This document shows, piece by piece, positions 1-9,710 of a stretch of DNA of 64,000 nucleotides. Each line of letters begins with the position of its first letter. Position 1 is the first letter of the stretch. This DNA is from Elusimicrobiota bacterium (lineage in GTDB: Bacteria; Elusimicrobiota; Elusimicrobia; F11). The stretch lies in assembly GCA_046153645.1 (NCBI GenBank), contig JBJXGI010000099.1, positions 14,781 to 78,780 on the forward strand, given 5' to 3'. The notes below the pieces were generated by a model. That model searched no databases. It saw only the letters and a program-made list of their open reading frames with translations, and was not told the origin of the DNA. A program made the position numbers and the translations under genes.

Positions 1-943
1 TTTAATTTCATATGCAGTATTTAGTTTGTGTCGGGTTCGGAAAACGCTTGATCAGACTATTCATTTTATAAGAGTCATTGGTGTTATTGTCTCTGTGGGG
101 GCACTATATGAATATTTTTCAGGTGATTTTTTTATTTTTGAAAGAATTGTTCTTGAGTATTCCTCTAGCAAAGAGGTATGGACTCCGCTAGATAATGTCG
201 CGTCTGGTTCAATAGGTTTTCCTATCGCTTTGAGTGTTTTTCTGATTGTTATTATTCCCTTTTATTTTGAAGGAATGTTTAAAAATAAGGTTTTAAGTTG
301 GAGTGCCTTTTTTATTGTTTCAATTGCTATATTTTTAACTTTTAAAAGAAGTGGGTATGCTCTTTGGATCGTTAACTTTATGTTTTTTTTGCATCAAAAG
401 GATATCTTGAAAGTGCATAAAAAAATTCTAATCTTTTTAACCGGAGTGGTGCTATTGGGTTCATTTTATTTTATTAGCCATAAAGACGGGCAATTTGCCA
501 GGTTTTCTCCTTCCTATATTCTGCAGGAAATTAATTCTGGTCATCGGGCAAAAGCAATTTTTACTGGTTGGAGAATGTTTAAAAAAAGTTCTTTTTTGGG
601 TATTGGTACCCGACAATATTCACATGAATGGAGAGAGTTTAGCCAAAAAGATGACAATATTAATACTCCCGATAATCAGTATTTAAGAGTTTTCTCGGAG
701 AATGGAATGTTAGGAATTATTTCTGTTATTTTAATGCTCGGTTATCTTGTGAAAAAAACATGCCCTCTAAAAAATGATCCAATATCTAATATTTTATTTA
801 TTTCTATTTTAAATTTTTTAATTTCCCTTTTTATTATTGATGGTTTTTATTGGCCCGCATGTTTTATGATTTTTATGGTTGTTTGCGGGGTGAGTTTGGC
901 TTATTCGGAAATGAAGAAAAAAGAGGAACCTGCACTTGTTTAG
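1..943 (+). CDS. O-antigen ligase / Wzy_C-family polytopic membrane protein, 5'-truncated at window edge
   Basis: The frame is open from base 2 with no stop before the first ATG at 26. The product is very hydrophobic and multi-helix, with a loop region (…GHRAKAIFTGWRMF…GIGTRQY…) that resembles O-antigen ligase/polymerase families. The genes around it are polysaccharide genes. Confidence 0.5.
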   Translation, partial: LISYAVFSLCRVRKTLDQTIHFIRVIGVIVSVGALYEYFSGDFFIFERIVLEYSSSKEVWTPLDNVASGSIGFPIALSVFLIVIIPFYFEGMFKNKVLSWSAFFIVSIAIFLTFKRSGYALWIVNFMFFLHQKDILKVHKKILIFLTGVVLLGSFYFISHKDGQFARFSPSYILQEINSGHRAKAIFTGWRMFKKSSFLGIGTRQYSHEWREFSQKDDNINTPDNQYLRVFSENGMLGIISVILMLGYLVKKTCPLKNDPISNILFISILNFLISLFIIDGFYWPACFMIFMVVCGVSLAYSEMKKKEEPALV

Positions 944-1847
944 TTATTTATTACACATGTACTTTAAATCAAAAATAAAATTCATTCGTTTGAGAAGAAT
1001 GCTGGCTATTCCTAGAGGAAAAAAAGTTATTGATATAGGCGGAGGAGATGGCCCGTTCCCAAGGGCGGACATTTTATGTGAAAAGTTTTTTTCTGATGAT
1101 TCAGAAAGAACCAGCCCTATTTTACGGGATCGTCCTTTGGTTTTAGGAGATATTGAGTGCCTTCCTTTTGCTGATAAATCATTTGATTTTGTTTATTGCG
1201 CTCATGTTTTAGAACATACCAATGATCCAGCTAAAGCTATTGCGGAAATTATGAGAATTTCAAATGAGGGCTATATCGAAGTGCCATCTGAATATCTTGA
1301 ATTAACTGCGACCAGCACCCCTTCTCATTTATGGGTTATAAGACTTGAAGCTGGAAAATTAGTTTTTAGGCCTAAGTTAAAAGCTTCGATCAATGAACAT
1401 GTTGATAAAATATTTCACGGAGTGCTTTGGAAAAAAGATCATACTTATATGGCTTTTCATTGGAAAAATTATTACCCACTTTTTAATATTCCTTTTAATT
1501 GGAAAAGTGAAATTCCATTTGAAGTCCATTACCCCGAAATAGCGAGAATCAATAATGATTTTTCTAAGGGCAGTGTTGGCAATATAGATGAATTGAAAAT
1601 TCGGTTATGTTCTAATAAGTCAGACGTTCGTTTACGAAAAGGACTTCGCGGAAAAATAAAGAGTTTTATTCAAAAAAAATTAACCGATACATCGCCTCTT
1701 TGGTTTTTTGATGTTTTGGCATGTCCTACTTGCAAAGAGGCTTTACATCGGATTCCTGATTTCCTTTCTTGCCAAAAATGTTCTATTCGGTTTCCTCTTG
1801 TTAACAATACGCCTGTTTTGCTGGCGGAATTTTCTACTCCTGTCTAA
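936..1847 (+). CDS. Class I SAM-dependent methyltransferase (Methyltransf_11-like) fused to a C-terminal Trm112-like zinc-ribbon
   Basis: Motif I is VIDIGGGDG, with the post-I acidic loop and an LPFADKSFDFVYCAHVLEH motif. The C-terminus, CPTCKEALHR…CQKCSIRFPLVNNTPVLL, is a Trm112/DUF343-type Cys4 ribbon. The true start may be an internal Met near 999. Confidence 0.6.
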   Translation: MFSYLLHMYFKSKIKFIRLRRMLAIPRGKKVIDIGGGDGPFPRADILCEKFFSDDSERTSPILRDRPLVLGDIECLPFADKSFDFVYCAHVLEHTNDPAKAIAEIMRISNEGYIEVPSEYLELTATSTPSHLWVIRLEAGKLVFRPKLKASINEHVDKIFHGVLWKKDHTYMAFHWKNYYPLFNIPFNWKSEIPFEVHYPEIARINNDFSKGSVGNIDELKIRLCSNKSDVRLRKGLRGKIKSFIQKKLTDTSPLWFFDVLACPTCKEALHRIPDFLSCQKCSIRFPLVNNTPVLLAEFSTPV

Positions 1848-1850
1848 ATT

Positions 1851-3272
1851 GTGCTGCATAAAAGATTTACATCAAATTTAAAGTTTAAGTTGGTTGGTGA
1901 ATTCTTTTCTCGATTGGCTTCATTTCTTTTTTATTCCATTTGCGCGAGGTTATTGGGAGTGGAAAATTTTGGTGTCTTTTCGCTCGCTTATTCATATGGT
2001 TTTGTGTTCATTGTTTTAATTGATCTTGGCGCGAATTATATCGTAACCAGAGAAATAGCTAGAGATAAAGATTTCTTGATACATACCGTACCTTCCCTTC
2101 ATATTCTTAAATGGATTTTATTTCCTTTAATGGTGTTATTTGTTTTTCTTGCCACTTATTTTACTGGAAATACTCCGCAAGTGGTGAAGCTGGCAGTTAT
2201 GTTATCGCTTTTGGCAATGGGGATTGCGTTATCTGAGTTTTTAGCTTCTATTTTAAATGGAATTGAAATGATGGGGCTTGAGGCTGTTTTAAAAATCATT
2301 TGGCGAATGGGTATACTGGGATGTTCAATTTTAGGTTACTTTTGGGTTAAATCAATTGAAGCTTTTGTTTGGGGTATGGTTATTGCCCATTGGATTGGCG
2401 TGTTGATTGGATATTACTTGATTCAAAAGCGCTATAACATTTTTAAATGGGAATGGAAATTTGAACGAATAAAAGACCTTTTGAAGATTAGTTATCCTGT
2501 TTTGCTGGCATGGTTTATTATCACAATTTACGATAATCAGGACATGTTTATCCTTTCAAAAATGGGATTTTCAAAAGGTAGCATTGGATATTTTTCAGCC
2601 AGCGCAAAATTAATTGATGCCTTAAGACCACTGCCTGTTTTGGTGGTTGGTGCTTTATACCCCATATTATCCCAATATTCTTTTTCTGATAAAAAAACTT
2701 TTAATAAGCTAACGATTGTTTTTTTTAGAAACTTGGCCTTTGTTTTAATTCCTTTAGCTTTTTTTCTTTCTTCTTTAGCCCCTTTGATTATTAAGGTTTT
2801 ATATGGAGATGTTTTTCTTCCCGCTATTCCTATTTTCTCCATTTCTATATGGGGGTTTGTTTTTATCTTTTTAAATCATTTTTTATTTTTACTTTTATTA
2901 AGTTTAAATGGGCAATTTCAATTTCTAAAATCAGCTCTTTTTGTTTGTATTGTTAATGGTATTCTCGCTATATTTCTTTTTCCTCGATTTGGCATTCTTG
3001 GGGGGGGGTGGGCGTTGTTTATTGGAGAGTTTTTACTCTGCGGATTTAATGCTTGGCAGATAACCAGACTCATGGGGGAAGGTGTGAAATTTTTCGAACA
3101 CTTTCTTTTTCCAGTTATAGTGTTATTTGTCAGTTTTATTTGTTTTTATTTTATTCAATCTTCTTCGTACCCCTATTTTTATTTGTTTTTGGGGATGTTG
3201 GTTTATCTTTACTTGATGGTCAAAAAGAAATGGTTAGATTTGGCTTATTTTAAGCGTATGGTGGGCCGATGA
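1851..3272 (+). CDS. Polysaccharide flippase, Wzx-like (MOP superfamily exporter)
   Basis: 473 aa with about 12 predicted TM helices, sitting in the polysaccharide cluster. The N-terminal stretch, KLVGEFFSRLASFLFYSICARLLG, is typical of Wzx/RfbX. Confidence 0.6.
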   Translation: MLHKRFTSNLKFKLVGEFFSRLASFLFYSICARLLGVENFGVFSLAYSYGFVFIVLIDLGANYIVTREIARDKDFLIHTVPSLHILKWILFPLMVLFVFLATYFTGNTPQVVKLAVMLSLLAMGIALSEFLASILNGIEMMGLEAVLKIIWRMGILGCSILGYFWVKSIEAFVWGMVIAHWIGVLIGYYLIQKRYNIFKWEWKFERIKDLLKISYPVLLAWFIITIYDNQDMFILSKMGFSKGSIGYFSASAKLIDALRPLPVLVVGALYPILSQYSFSDKKTFNKLTIVFFRNLAFVLIPLAFFLSSLAPLIIKVLYGDVFLPAIPIFSISIWGFVFIFLNHFLFLLLLSLNGQFQFLKSALFVCIVNGILAIFLFPRFGILGGGWALFIGEFLLCGFNAWQITRLMGEGVKFFEHFLFPVIVLFVSFICFYFIQSSSYPYFYLFLGMLVYLYLMVKKKWLDLAYFKRMVGR

Positions 3273-4210
3273 AATTTAATCAAGGTATTTCAATCATCAT
3301 CATTAGTTTTAATACGAAAGATATTATTTCTAATTGTATTGAGTCTATTTTAAACGATTTCGACCCCAGTATGGATGAAATTATAGTTGTTGATAATGCT
3401 TCAAAAGATGGTTCAGCCGAATTTATTGCGCGTCAATTTCCTCAAGTTAATTTGTTTAAAAGTGAATATAACCGTGGTTTTTCTTTTGCTTGTAATAGAG
3501 GGTATGAAACCGCAAAAGATCGTTCTTTTCTTCTTTTTATGAATGGCGATGTCGTCATAGAAAAGGGGTGTCTCAATCGTTTACGAGAAAAAATGATAGC
3601 TGATGATTCAATTGGAATTTTAAGCCCAGAGCTTTTATCGCCGGGAACCCATGAGCTCATTCAAATGTCTTGGGGCTGGGACATCACTTTTTTAGGTGAA
3701 ATGCTTCAAAAAACTTTTGCTCCAAAAAATATTAGTCAGTTTCGAGTTATTCGAAGTCTCGCTAGCAGACTACAAAAAAAATCAAAAAGAGTTCCTATTA
3801 TTGCTGGGGCTTGCATGATTATAAGGCGAAATGTTTTTGAAATAATTGGAATGATGGACGAAGGGTTTGAGTTGTATTTTGAAGACGCAGATATCTGTTT
3901 GAGGTGCAGAAAAGAAGGTTTTTTTGTCCAATTTGAACCAGAAATAAAAGTTTTTCATGGACTGGGACAATCAGGGAAAGATATATCTAATAAAATTGAG
4001 TTAATTTACCGGCAAAGTCAAATTCATTTTTATCGCAAACACAACAATTGGTTGGAATTGAAACTGTTAAAGGCATATTTATGGGGGAAATTTTTTACAA
4101 AACCAAATTTCTGGAGAGATCACGCTTTTAGATATTGGATGATTAAAATTTTAACTGAAAGTTCTCATTTGAACTTAGAAGAAGATATTGGATTTAAGGG
4201 GTTAACCTAG
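3269..4210 (+). CDS. Family 2 glycosyltransferase
   Basis: ISIIIISFNTKD…VVDNASKDGS carries the DxD/GT-A signature. ATGA overlap with the upstream gene. Confidence 0.75.
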   Translation: MKFNQGISIIIISFNTKDIISNCIESILNDFDPSMDEIIVVDNASKDGSAEFIARQFPQVNLFKSEYNRGFSFACNRGYETAKDRSFLLFMNGDVVIEKGCLNRLREKMIADDSIGILSPELLSPGTHELIQMSWGWDITFLGEMLQKTFAPKNISQFRVIRSLASRLQKKSKRVPIIAGACMIIRRNVFEIIGMMDEGFELYFEDADICLRCRKEGFFVQFEPEIKVFHGLGQSGKDISNKIELIYRQSQIHFYRKHNNWLELKLLKAYLWGKFFTKPNFWRDHAFRYWMIKILTESSHLNLEEDIGFKGLT

Positions 4211-5305
4211 TTGCAGAGTAAAAAATTTTTCCCTATTGGATTTGATGTGAGAATGGCCACCTATTCTGGGATCGGGACCACTATTGATGGTTTTTTATCA
4301 AATTTATCAGATGAACGATTGGAACGAATGTGTTTAATTCGTTCGAGAAACTGGACGGGCTCGTATCATGTTGAGTCGCTTGAATCTAAATATCCTGTTT
4401 ATTCGATTACGCAACATTTTTATCTTGGAAAATGGCTCAATTCATTAAATTTGGGTCTTTATCATATGCCACATTTTGATGTTCCCTTGGGGTATAGAGG
4501 TAAGCTGGTAATCACAATACACGATTTGATTCATTTATTATTTCCACAATATTCTTCCTATCCGCTTGCCAATCTATACGCGAAAGTTGTTATGCGAAAT
4601 GCGGTTGAGAGAGCCGATCAGATTATTGTTGTATCAAATAATACGAAGCATGATCTCTGCTATTTTTTCCCGGAGGTAGCTCATAAAATCGCTGTCGTTT
4701 ATCCCGCTGTTGCGCCAGATTTTTTCCCATTAGATAAGCAGGATGGTCATGACGTGTTAGAACGTTTGAAAATTCCTCGAGAATTTTTCCTTTATGTTGG
4801 TAATTTGCGAAAAAGTAAAAATACGCCATTTCTCATAAACACCTATTTAAATCTAAAAAAGAAAATAAGAGATTTACCGCCGCTTGTTTTGGTTGGTAAA
4901 AACTTTTTGAAAGAATATGAGCTTGGAATGCCTGATGGCATTATTTATTTGGGGCAATTAACAAAAGATGAACTAATTGCCCTCTATTCAACTTGTATGG
5001 GGTTTATTTTTCCATCTTTATATGAGGGGTTTGGGTTGCCCCCTTTAGAGGCCATGGCATGCGGTGCTCCGGTCATTACATCCAACGTCTCTTCTATTCC
5101 TGAAGTATGTCAGGACGCCGCCATCTACATTGATCCCAAGTCACCAGAAAGTTTAGAAAAAGCCATTCAATCTTTCCTTGATTCAGAAGAGCTTCGAAAA
5201 AACCTTAGATCTAAAGGCTTTTTGAACGTCAAGAGATTCTCATGGCAAACATTTACAGATAAAACATGGAATATTTATAAAGATGTGTTGGGGGAGAAGC
5301 TTTGA
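4211..5305 (+). CDS. Family 4 (GT-B) glycosyltransferase
   Basis: C-terminal [20 protein letters not shown] motif (the E-x7-E region of GT4). Candidate TTG start. Confidence 0.7.
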   Translation: MQSKKFFPIGFDVRMATYSGIGTTIDGFLSNLSDERLERMCLIRSRNWTGSYHVESLESKYPVYSITQHFYLGKWLNSLNLGLYHMPHFDVPLGYRGKLVITIHDLIHLLFPQYSSYPLANLYAKVVMRNAVERADQIIVVSNNTKHDLCYFFPEVAHKIAVVYPAVAPDFFPLDKQDGHDVLERLKIPREFFLYVGNLRKSKNTPFLINTYLNLKKKIRDLPPLVLVGKNFLKEYELGMPDGIIYLGQLTKDELIALYSTCMGFIFPSLYEGFGLPPLEAMACGAPVITSNVSSIPEVCQDAAIYIDPKSPESLEKAIQSFLDSEELRKNLRSKGFLNVKRFSWQTFTDKTWNIYKDVLGEKL

Positions 5306-6423
5306 AACGAACCCTTGATTTTCTTATCGGATCCCCACTCATTTTTCTTTTTTCTTTTTTTAAAAAATCTCCGATTAAAAAAAATAATTTTAAAAAAATT
5401 CTTATTATCAAATTGGCTGCGGTAGGAGACGCTATTTTATTGGCTCCCGCAATCAAGACCTTAAAAGAAAAATTCCCCGAAGCTGAAATTGATTGGCTTA
5501 TTTCTCCATCGAATTCTCAAATTGTCAAAGCCATAACACCAGTCCATCATGTAATAGTGGTAAAAGTGAATCATTTGCTTAATATTTTAAAAACTATTTT
5601 TGATTTAAGATCAAAAGGTTATGATTTGGTCATCGATTTTGAGCAATGGTCAAGAGGCTCAGTTCTCATGGCCTATTTTTCTGGCATCCCTGAGAGAATT
5701 GGTTTTAATACGCAGGGACAACATCGATCCGGTTTGTTTACAGATTCAATTCCTAAAAGGTTTGATCAACATGAAATTGAAAACTTTATGGACTTGGTAC
5801 GGATTAAAGCCCCTCATGCTTTAACACCATCGTTGGAATTACACGAAGATTTATTTTCTAAAAATTTATTAGAAGAAGTCGTTCTAGATTTAAAGTCAAA
5901 TAAAAAAAATAAGCTCAATATACTCATACACCCGGGATGTGGTTTTGATGGCACTCCCAGAGAATGGCCGCTTGAAAACTACGCGGTTTTTATCAATTGG
6001 GTACATAAAAATAAATCAGCACAGTTTTTTCTTACTTCAGGGCCTGAAGAAATCATAAAAGTAAAAAAGTTGATGAAATTGATCCAGTATAAAGCGGTTG
6101 ATTTGGGCGGGAAATTGGGATGGCTTCAAATGCTAAGTTTGGTTAAAAAAATGGATTTGGTTATTTCTGGTAATACTGGTGTGATGCATTTGGCTGCTGC
6201 TTTGCAGATTCCTCAAATTGCCTTACATGGACCAACCAATCCTGTCATTTGGGGACCAAAAAATTCGCGTTCTAAAACTTTGGTATCTTCTTGTCCGGCT
6301 TGTCCTTGTCTTAAACTTGGTTTTGAGTATCATGCGCTTGATCAGTCTTGTATGAAACAACTCAGTATTGAGGATGTTAAAGCTTCATTTGCTGAGCTTA
6401 TCGACAATAACGTATCGATTTGA
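5302..6423 (+). CDS. Family 9 glycosyltransferase (ADP-heptose:LPS heptosyltransferase-like)
   Basis: The N-terminal KILIIKLAAVGDAILLAPAIKTLKEKFPEAEIDWL is the RfaC/RfaF signature. TTG start overlapping the upstream stop. Confidence 0.7.
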   Translation: MKRTLDFLIGSPLIFLFSFFKKSPIKKNNFKKILIIKLAAVGDAILLAPAIKTLKEKFPEAEIDWLISPSNSQIVKAITPVHHVIVVKVNHLLNILKTIFDLRSKGYDLVIDFEQWSRGSVLMAYFSGIPERIGFNTQGQHRSGLFTDSIPKRFDQHEIENFMDLVRIKAPHALTPSLELHEDLFSKNLLEEVVLDLKSNKKNKLNILIHPGCGFDGTPREWPLENYAVFINWVHKNKSAQFFLTSGPEEIIKVKKLMKLIQYKAVDLGGKLGWLQMLSLVKKMDLVISGNTGVMHLAAALQIPQIALHGPTNPVIWGPKNSRSKTLVSSCPACPCLKLGFEYHALDQSCMKQLSIEDVKASFAELIDNNVSI

Positions 6424-6437
6424 TATGAAGAGGGTCT

Positions 6438-7856
6438 ATGGCCATTAGTAGTGATCAATATAATTTAGGCATAATGACTTGGAAAGACTCTCGAAAATTA
6501 GTCATTCGTTTTTTTCTTTTGATGAGTGATTTGTTGGCGATTTCCATTGCTTATTTATCGGCCTATTGTATCCGCTTTTATTACTCACCATTTATCGGTA
6601 ATTTCCCTATTACGAAAGGTTTCCCACCTGTTCTAGAGTATTTGCAAGCGGCCCCCATCATTTTATTTATGTGGGGAGTGTCGATTTTTTTTCAAGGCGC
6701 CTATACTCGTCTAAACTTGGCCGCCATTGACGAAGGTATTCGAACATTTAAAGCTGTCTTTTTTGGAACACTTTTATCTATGTCCGCGATGTTTTTATAT
6801 AGGGACGCTTCATTTTCGAGAATTGTTTTTGTTTTGGGTGGTATTCTTAGTTTTTTTACGATTTATTTGTTTAGGCAGCTTTTAAAAATAACTTACATCT
6901 CTTATATTAAAGCCCAGAGAAAACCCCAACGCATTCTTGTTGTTGGAGAAGGCAGGCTGTTAAACTCAATTAAAAAGATTTTAGATCGACATGGAGATAA
7001 AGCAGTTTTAAAAATGGTTGATTTTAATATTGAGAAAATTCTTCACACAATTATTCGATCTAAAATTGCGGAAGTTTTATTGGCACATCCTGATGTTGAA
7101 CATAAAGAAATTGTTAAGTTGTCTAACTTTTGTGAAAGAAAAAAAGTTATTTTTCGACTTATTCCTGATATTTTAGAAATCAGGATGGGCGAAATTATTA
7201 TTGATGAATCATTAGGCTTGCCGACATTTCAAATTAAGTCGATTTCTTTGGCGGGTTCAGCTTTTTTAACCAAACGAATAATGGATGTTTTTATAGCAAC
7301 ATTATTAATAGGAGCTTGTATTGTCCCATTTCTAATGATTGCTTTTCTTATAAAAATTACTTCGATTGGCCCCATTTTTTATACGCATAAGAGAGTCGGT
7401 TTTAGAGAAAGATTGTTTGATTTTCTGAAATTCCGGACGATGGTTTCAAATGCCGATGATTTACTTACGGACTTAAAAGAAAAGAGTGATCGTAAAGGTC
7501 CTGTTTTTAAAATGAAAAATGATCCTCGAATTACTTGGATTGGAACTTTTTTAAGAAGAACCAGTTTAGATGAAATTCCACAACTGTTAAATGTTTTGAG
7601 AGGGGAAATGAGTTTAGTGGGGCCTCGCCCTCAAGTCGTGTGGGAAGCGCAAAATTATGATGACTGGGCAAAAAAAAGACTCAATGTGTTGCCAGGAATT
7701 ACAGGTCTTTGGCAGGTTAGTGGTCGAGCCGAACTGACGTATGAAGAAATGATTGAGCTTGATGTTTATTATCTCGAACACTGGTCGCCTGGTTTGGACA
7801 TTAAAGTTTTATTGCGCACTATTCCAGCCGTTTTATTTGCAAAAGGAGCTTATTAA
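6438..7856 (+). CDS. Undecaprenyl-phosphate sugar phosphotransferase (WbaP/bacterial sugar transferase family)
   Basis: N-terminal TM helices, then the C-terminal catalytic block KRVGFRERLFDFLKFRTM…RPQVVWE…PGITGLWQVSGR. Confidence 0.8.
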   Translation: MAISSDQYNLGIMTWKDSRKLVIRFFLLMSDLLAISIAYLSAYCIRFYYSPFIGNFPITKGFPPVLEYLQAAPIILFMWGVSIFFQGAYTRLNLAAIDEGIRTFKAVFFGTLLSMSAMFLYRDASFSRIVFVLGGILSFFTIYLFRQLLKITYISYIKAQRKPQRILVVGEGRLLNSIKKILDRHGDKAVLKMVDFNIEKILHTIIRSKIAEVLLAHPDVEHKEIVKLSNFCERKKVIFRLIPDILEIRMGEIIIDESLGLPTFQIKSISLAGSAFLTKRIMDVFIATLLIGACIVPFLMIAFLIKITSIGPIFYTHKRVGFRERLFDFLKFRTMVSNADDLLTDLKEKSDRKGPVFKMKNDPRITWIGTFLRRTSLDEIPQLLNVLRGEMSLVGPRPQVVWEAQNYDDWAKKRLNVLPGITGLWQVSGRAELTYEEMIELDVYYLEHWSPGLDIKVLLRTIPAVLFAKGAY

Positions 7857-8785
7857 TGAGGATTTTGGTTACCGGAGGAGCCGGGTTTATTGGCTCTCAT
7901 GTTGTTGATGCCTATATAAATGCCGGTCATAAAGTCATTATTGTCGATGATGGTTCAACCGGAAATTTTAAACAGATAAATAAAAAGGCCATTTTTTATA
8001 ATTGCGATATTAGAAATAAAGCTAAGTTGGCTCAGCTTTTTAGTAAATATAAATTTAATGTCGTAAATCATCACGCCGCACAAATTGATGTTCGAAAGTC
8101 AGTTCTGAACCCTCTCCATGATGCTGACATTAATATTATTGGTTTGTTAAATTTGTTAGATGTGGCCGTTAAAAATAAAGTTGAAAAATTTATTTTTTCT
8201 TCATCTGGTGGAACCATTTATGGTGAAACTCCAAAACCCGCGTTAGAAACCTCTCCAGAAATACCATTGTCTCCTTATGGTGTTGCAAAGTTGTCGAGCG
8301 AAAAATACATTCAGGCTTTTTCAGCGCTCTTTAATATCAAATACACTATTTTTAGATATTCCAATGTTTATGGTCCTAGGCAAAACCCACATGGTGAAGC
8401 TGGAGTTGTGGCTATTTTCTCTAGCAGATTATTAAAAAACGAACCTCTTAAAATTTTCGGTTCTGGAAATCAGACCAGAGATTTTGTTTATGTTGGCGAT
8501 GTTGCTCGGGCGAATCTTCTAGCGCTGAGAAAAGGAAATAATCAAATCATTAATATTGGAATTGGGAAGAAGGTGAGTGTAAATGAGCTGTTTAATTTAA
8601 TGGCAGAGATTATTGGCTATCAACAAAAACCAGTTCATGCGAAAGCTCGGTTAGGCGAATTGCAAGATAGCGTTTTAAATTATAATAAGGCTAAGCGTGT
8701 GTTGGGGTGGAAACCTAAATATCAGATCAAAGAAGGGTTAGCTGAAACAATTCTTTTTTTTGAAAACATGCCGATAAAAAAATGA
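7856..8785 (+). CDS. NAD-dependent epimerase/dehydratase (UDP-sugar 4-epimerase-like, SDR extended family)
   Basis: Rossmann motif MRILVTGGAGFIGSHV and the catalytic region YSNVYGPRQ. Confidence 0.8.
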   Translation: MRILVTGGAGFIGSHVVDAYINAGHKVIIVDDGSTGNFKQINKKAIFYNCDIRNKAKLAQLFSKYKFNVVNHHAAQIDVRKSVLNPLHDADINIIGLLNLLDVAVKNKVEKFIFSSSGGTIYGETPKPALETSPEIPLSPYGVAKLSSEKYIQAFSALFNIKYTIFRYSNVYGPRQNPHGEAGVVAIFSSRLLKNEPLKIFGSGNQTRDFVYVGDVARANLLALRKGNNQIINIGIGKKVSVNELFNLMAEIIGYQQKPVHAKARLGELQDSVLNYNKAKRVLGWKPKYQIKEGLAETILFFENMPIKK

Positions 8786-9708
8786 ATGCCATTATTTTGT
8801 TGGGTGGTCTTGGAACTCGCTTACGTCCGTTAACTATCTTAAAGCCCAAAGCGTTGCTTCCTATATTAAATAAGCCTTTTTTATCTTATCAGTTTGATTT
8901 GTTGCGCCGATCAGGAATTAAAAATGTTGTTTTAGCGGCTGGGATGGCTAATTTGCCTTTTAAAAAAGAATTTCTTGCTCTTGGGGGAAGAGGACTTAAC
9001 GTTAAAATTTGTTTTGAACCATTTCCTTTAGGGACGGGGGGGGCCATTAAATTTGGATATGAGCAATTATTGAAATATTTTCCGCCATCGGCAGTCCCCG
9101 TTTTCGTAATGAATGGAGATGTTTTTATTAATTTAGATATCAAATCTTTTTTTAAAAAACATTTATTAAATAAAGCGGTCGTCTCAATTGCATTAACAAA
9201 AGTAAAGGATCCATCTCAATTTGGTGTCATCATTTTAAACAGAAACTCGCGAATTATGAAATTTGTCGAAAAACCCAAAAAATATGTGGGAGATAAAATT
9301 AATGCTGGCGCCTATATGATGTCATCAGAATGGCTAAATGGAATTCGTTCCAATACGGTTTTATCTGTCGAGAAAGATTTGTTCCCATTAACACTTAAAG
9401 AAGAAAAACCGATGTTCGGTTTTCAAATCAATGGGTATTGGAATGATATTGGAACCCACACCACATATTTAAAAGCGCATCGTGATTTGTCAAATGGTAA
9501 AAGTTTTATGGGGAAAGGTTCTCATGTTCATTCTACGGCAACTCTGGAAAACTCTGTCTTGTTCGAAAATGTGTTAATTGGAAAAGAGACGGTTATTCGA
9601 AACTCGATCATTGCTTCTGGAGTCGAAATTAGTAATAACTGTTGTATCGAGAACGCGGTGTTGGCTGAAAAAACAAAAATTATGTCTTACTCTAAAGTGA
9701 TTGGATAA
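8782..9708 (+). CDS. Sugar-1-phosphate nucleotidyltransferase (mannose-1-P guanylyltransferase-like) with C-terminal left-handed beta-helix
   Basis: ILLGGLGTRLRPLT is the NTP-transferase G-x-G-T-R motif. Hexapeptide repeats at the C-terminus. Confidence 0.7.
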   Translation: MNAIILLGGLGTRLRPLTILKPKALLPILNKPFLSYQFDLLRRSGIKNVVLAAGMANLPFKKEFLALGGRGLNVKICFEPFPLGTGGAIKFGYEQLLKYFPPSAVPVFVMNGDVFINLDIKSFFKKHLLNKAVVSIALTKVKDPSQFGVIILNRNSRIMKFVEKPKKYVGDKINAGAYMMSSEWLNGIRSNTVLSVEKDLFPLTLKEEKPMFGFQINGYWNDIGTHTTYLKAHRDLSNGKSFMGKGSHVHSTATLENSVLFENVLIGKETVIRNSIIASGVEISNNCCIENAVLAEKTKIMSYSKVIG

Positions 9709-9710
9709 TT

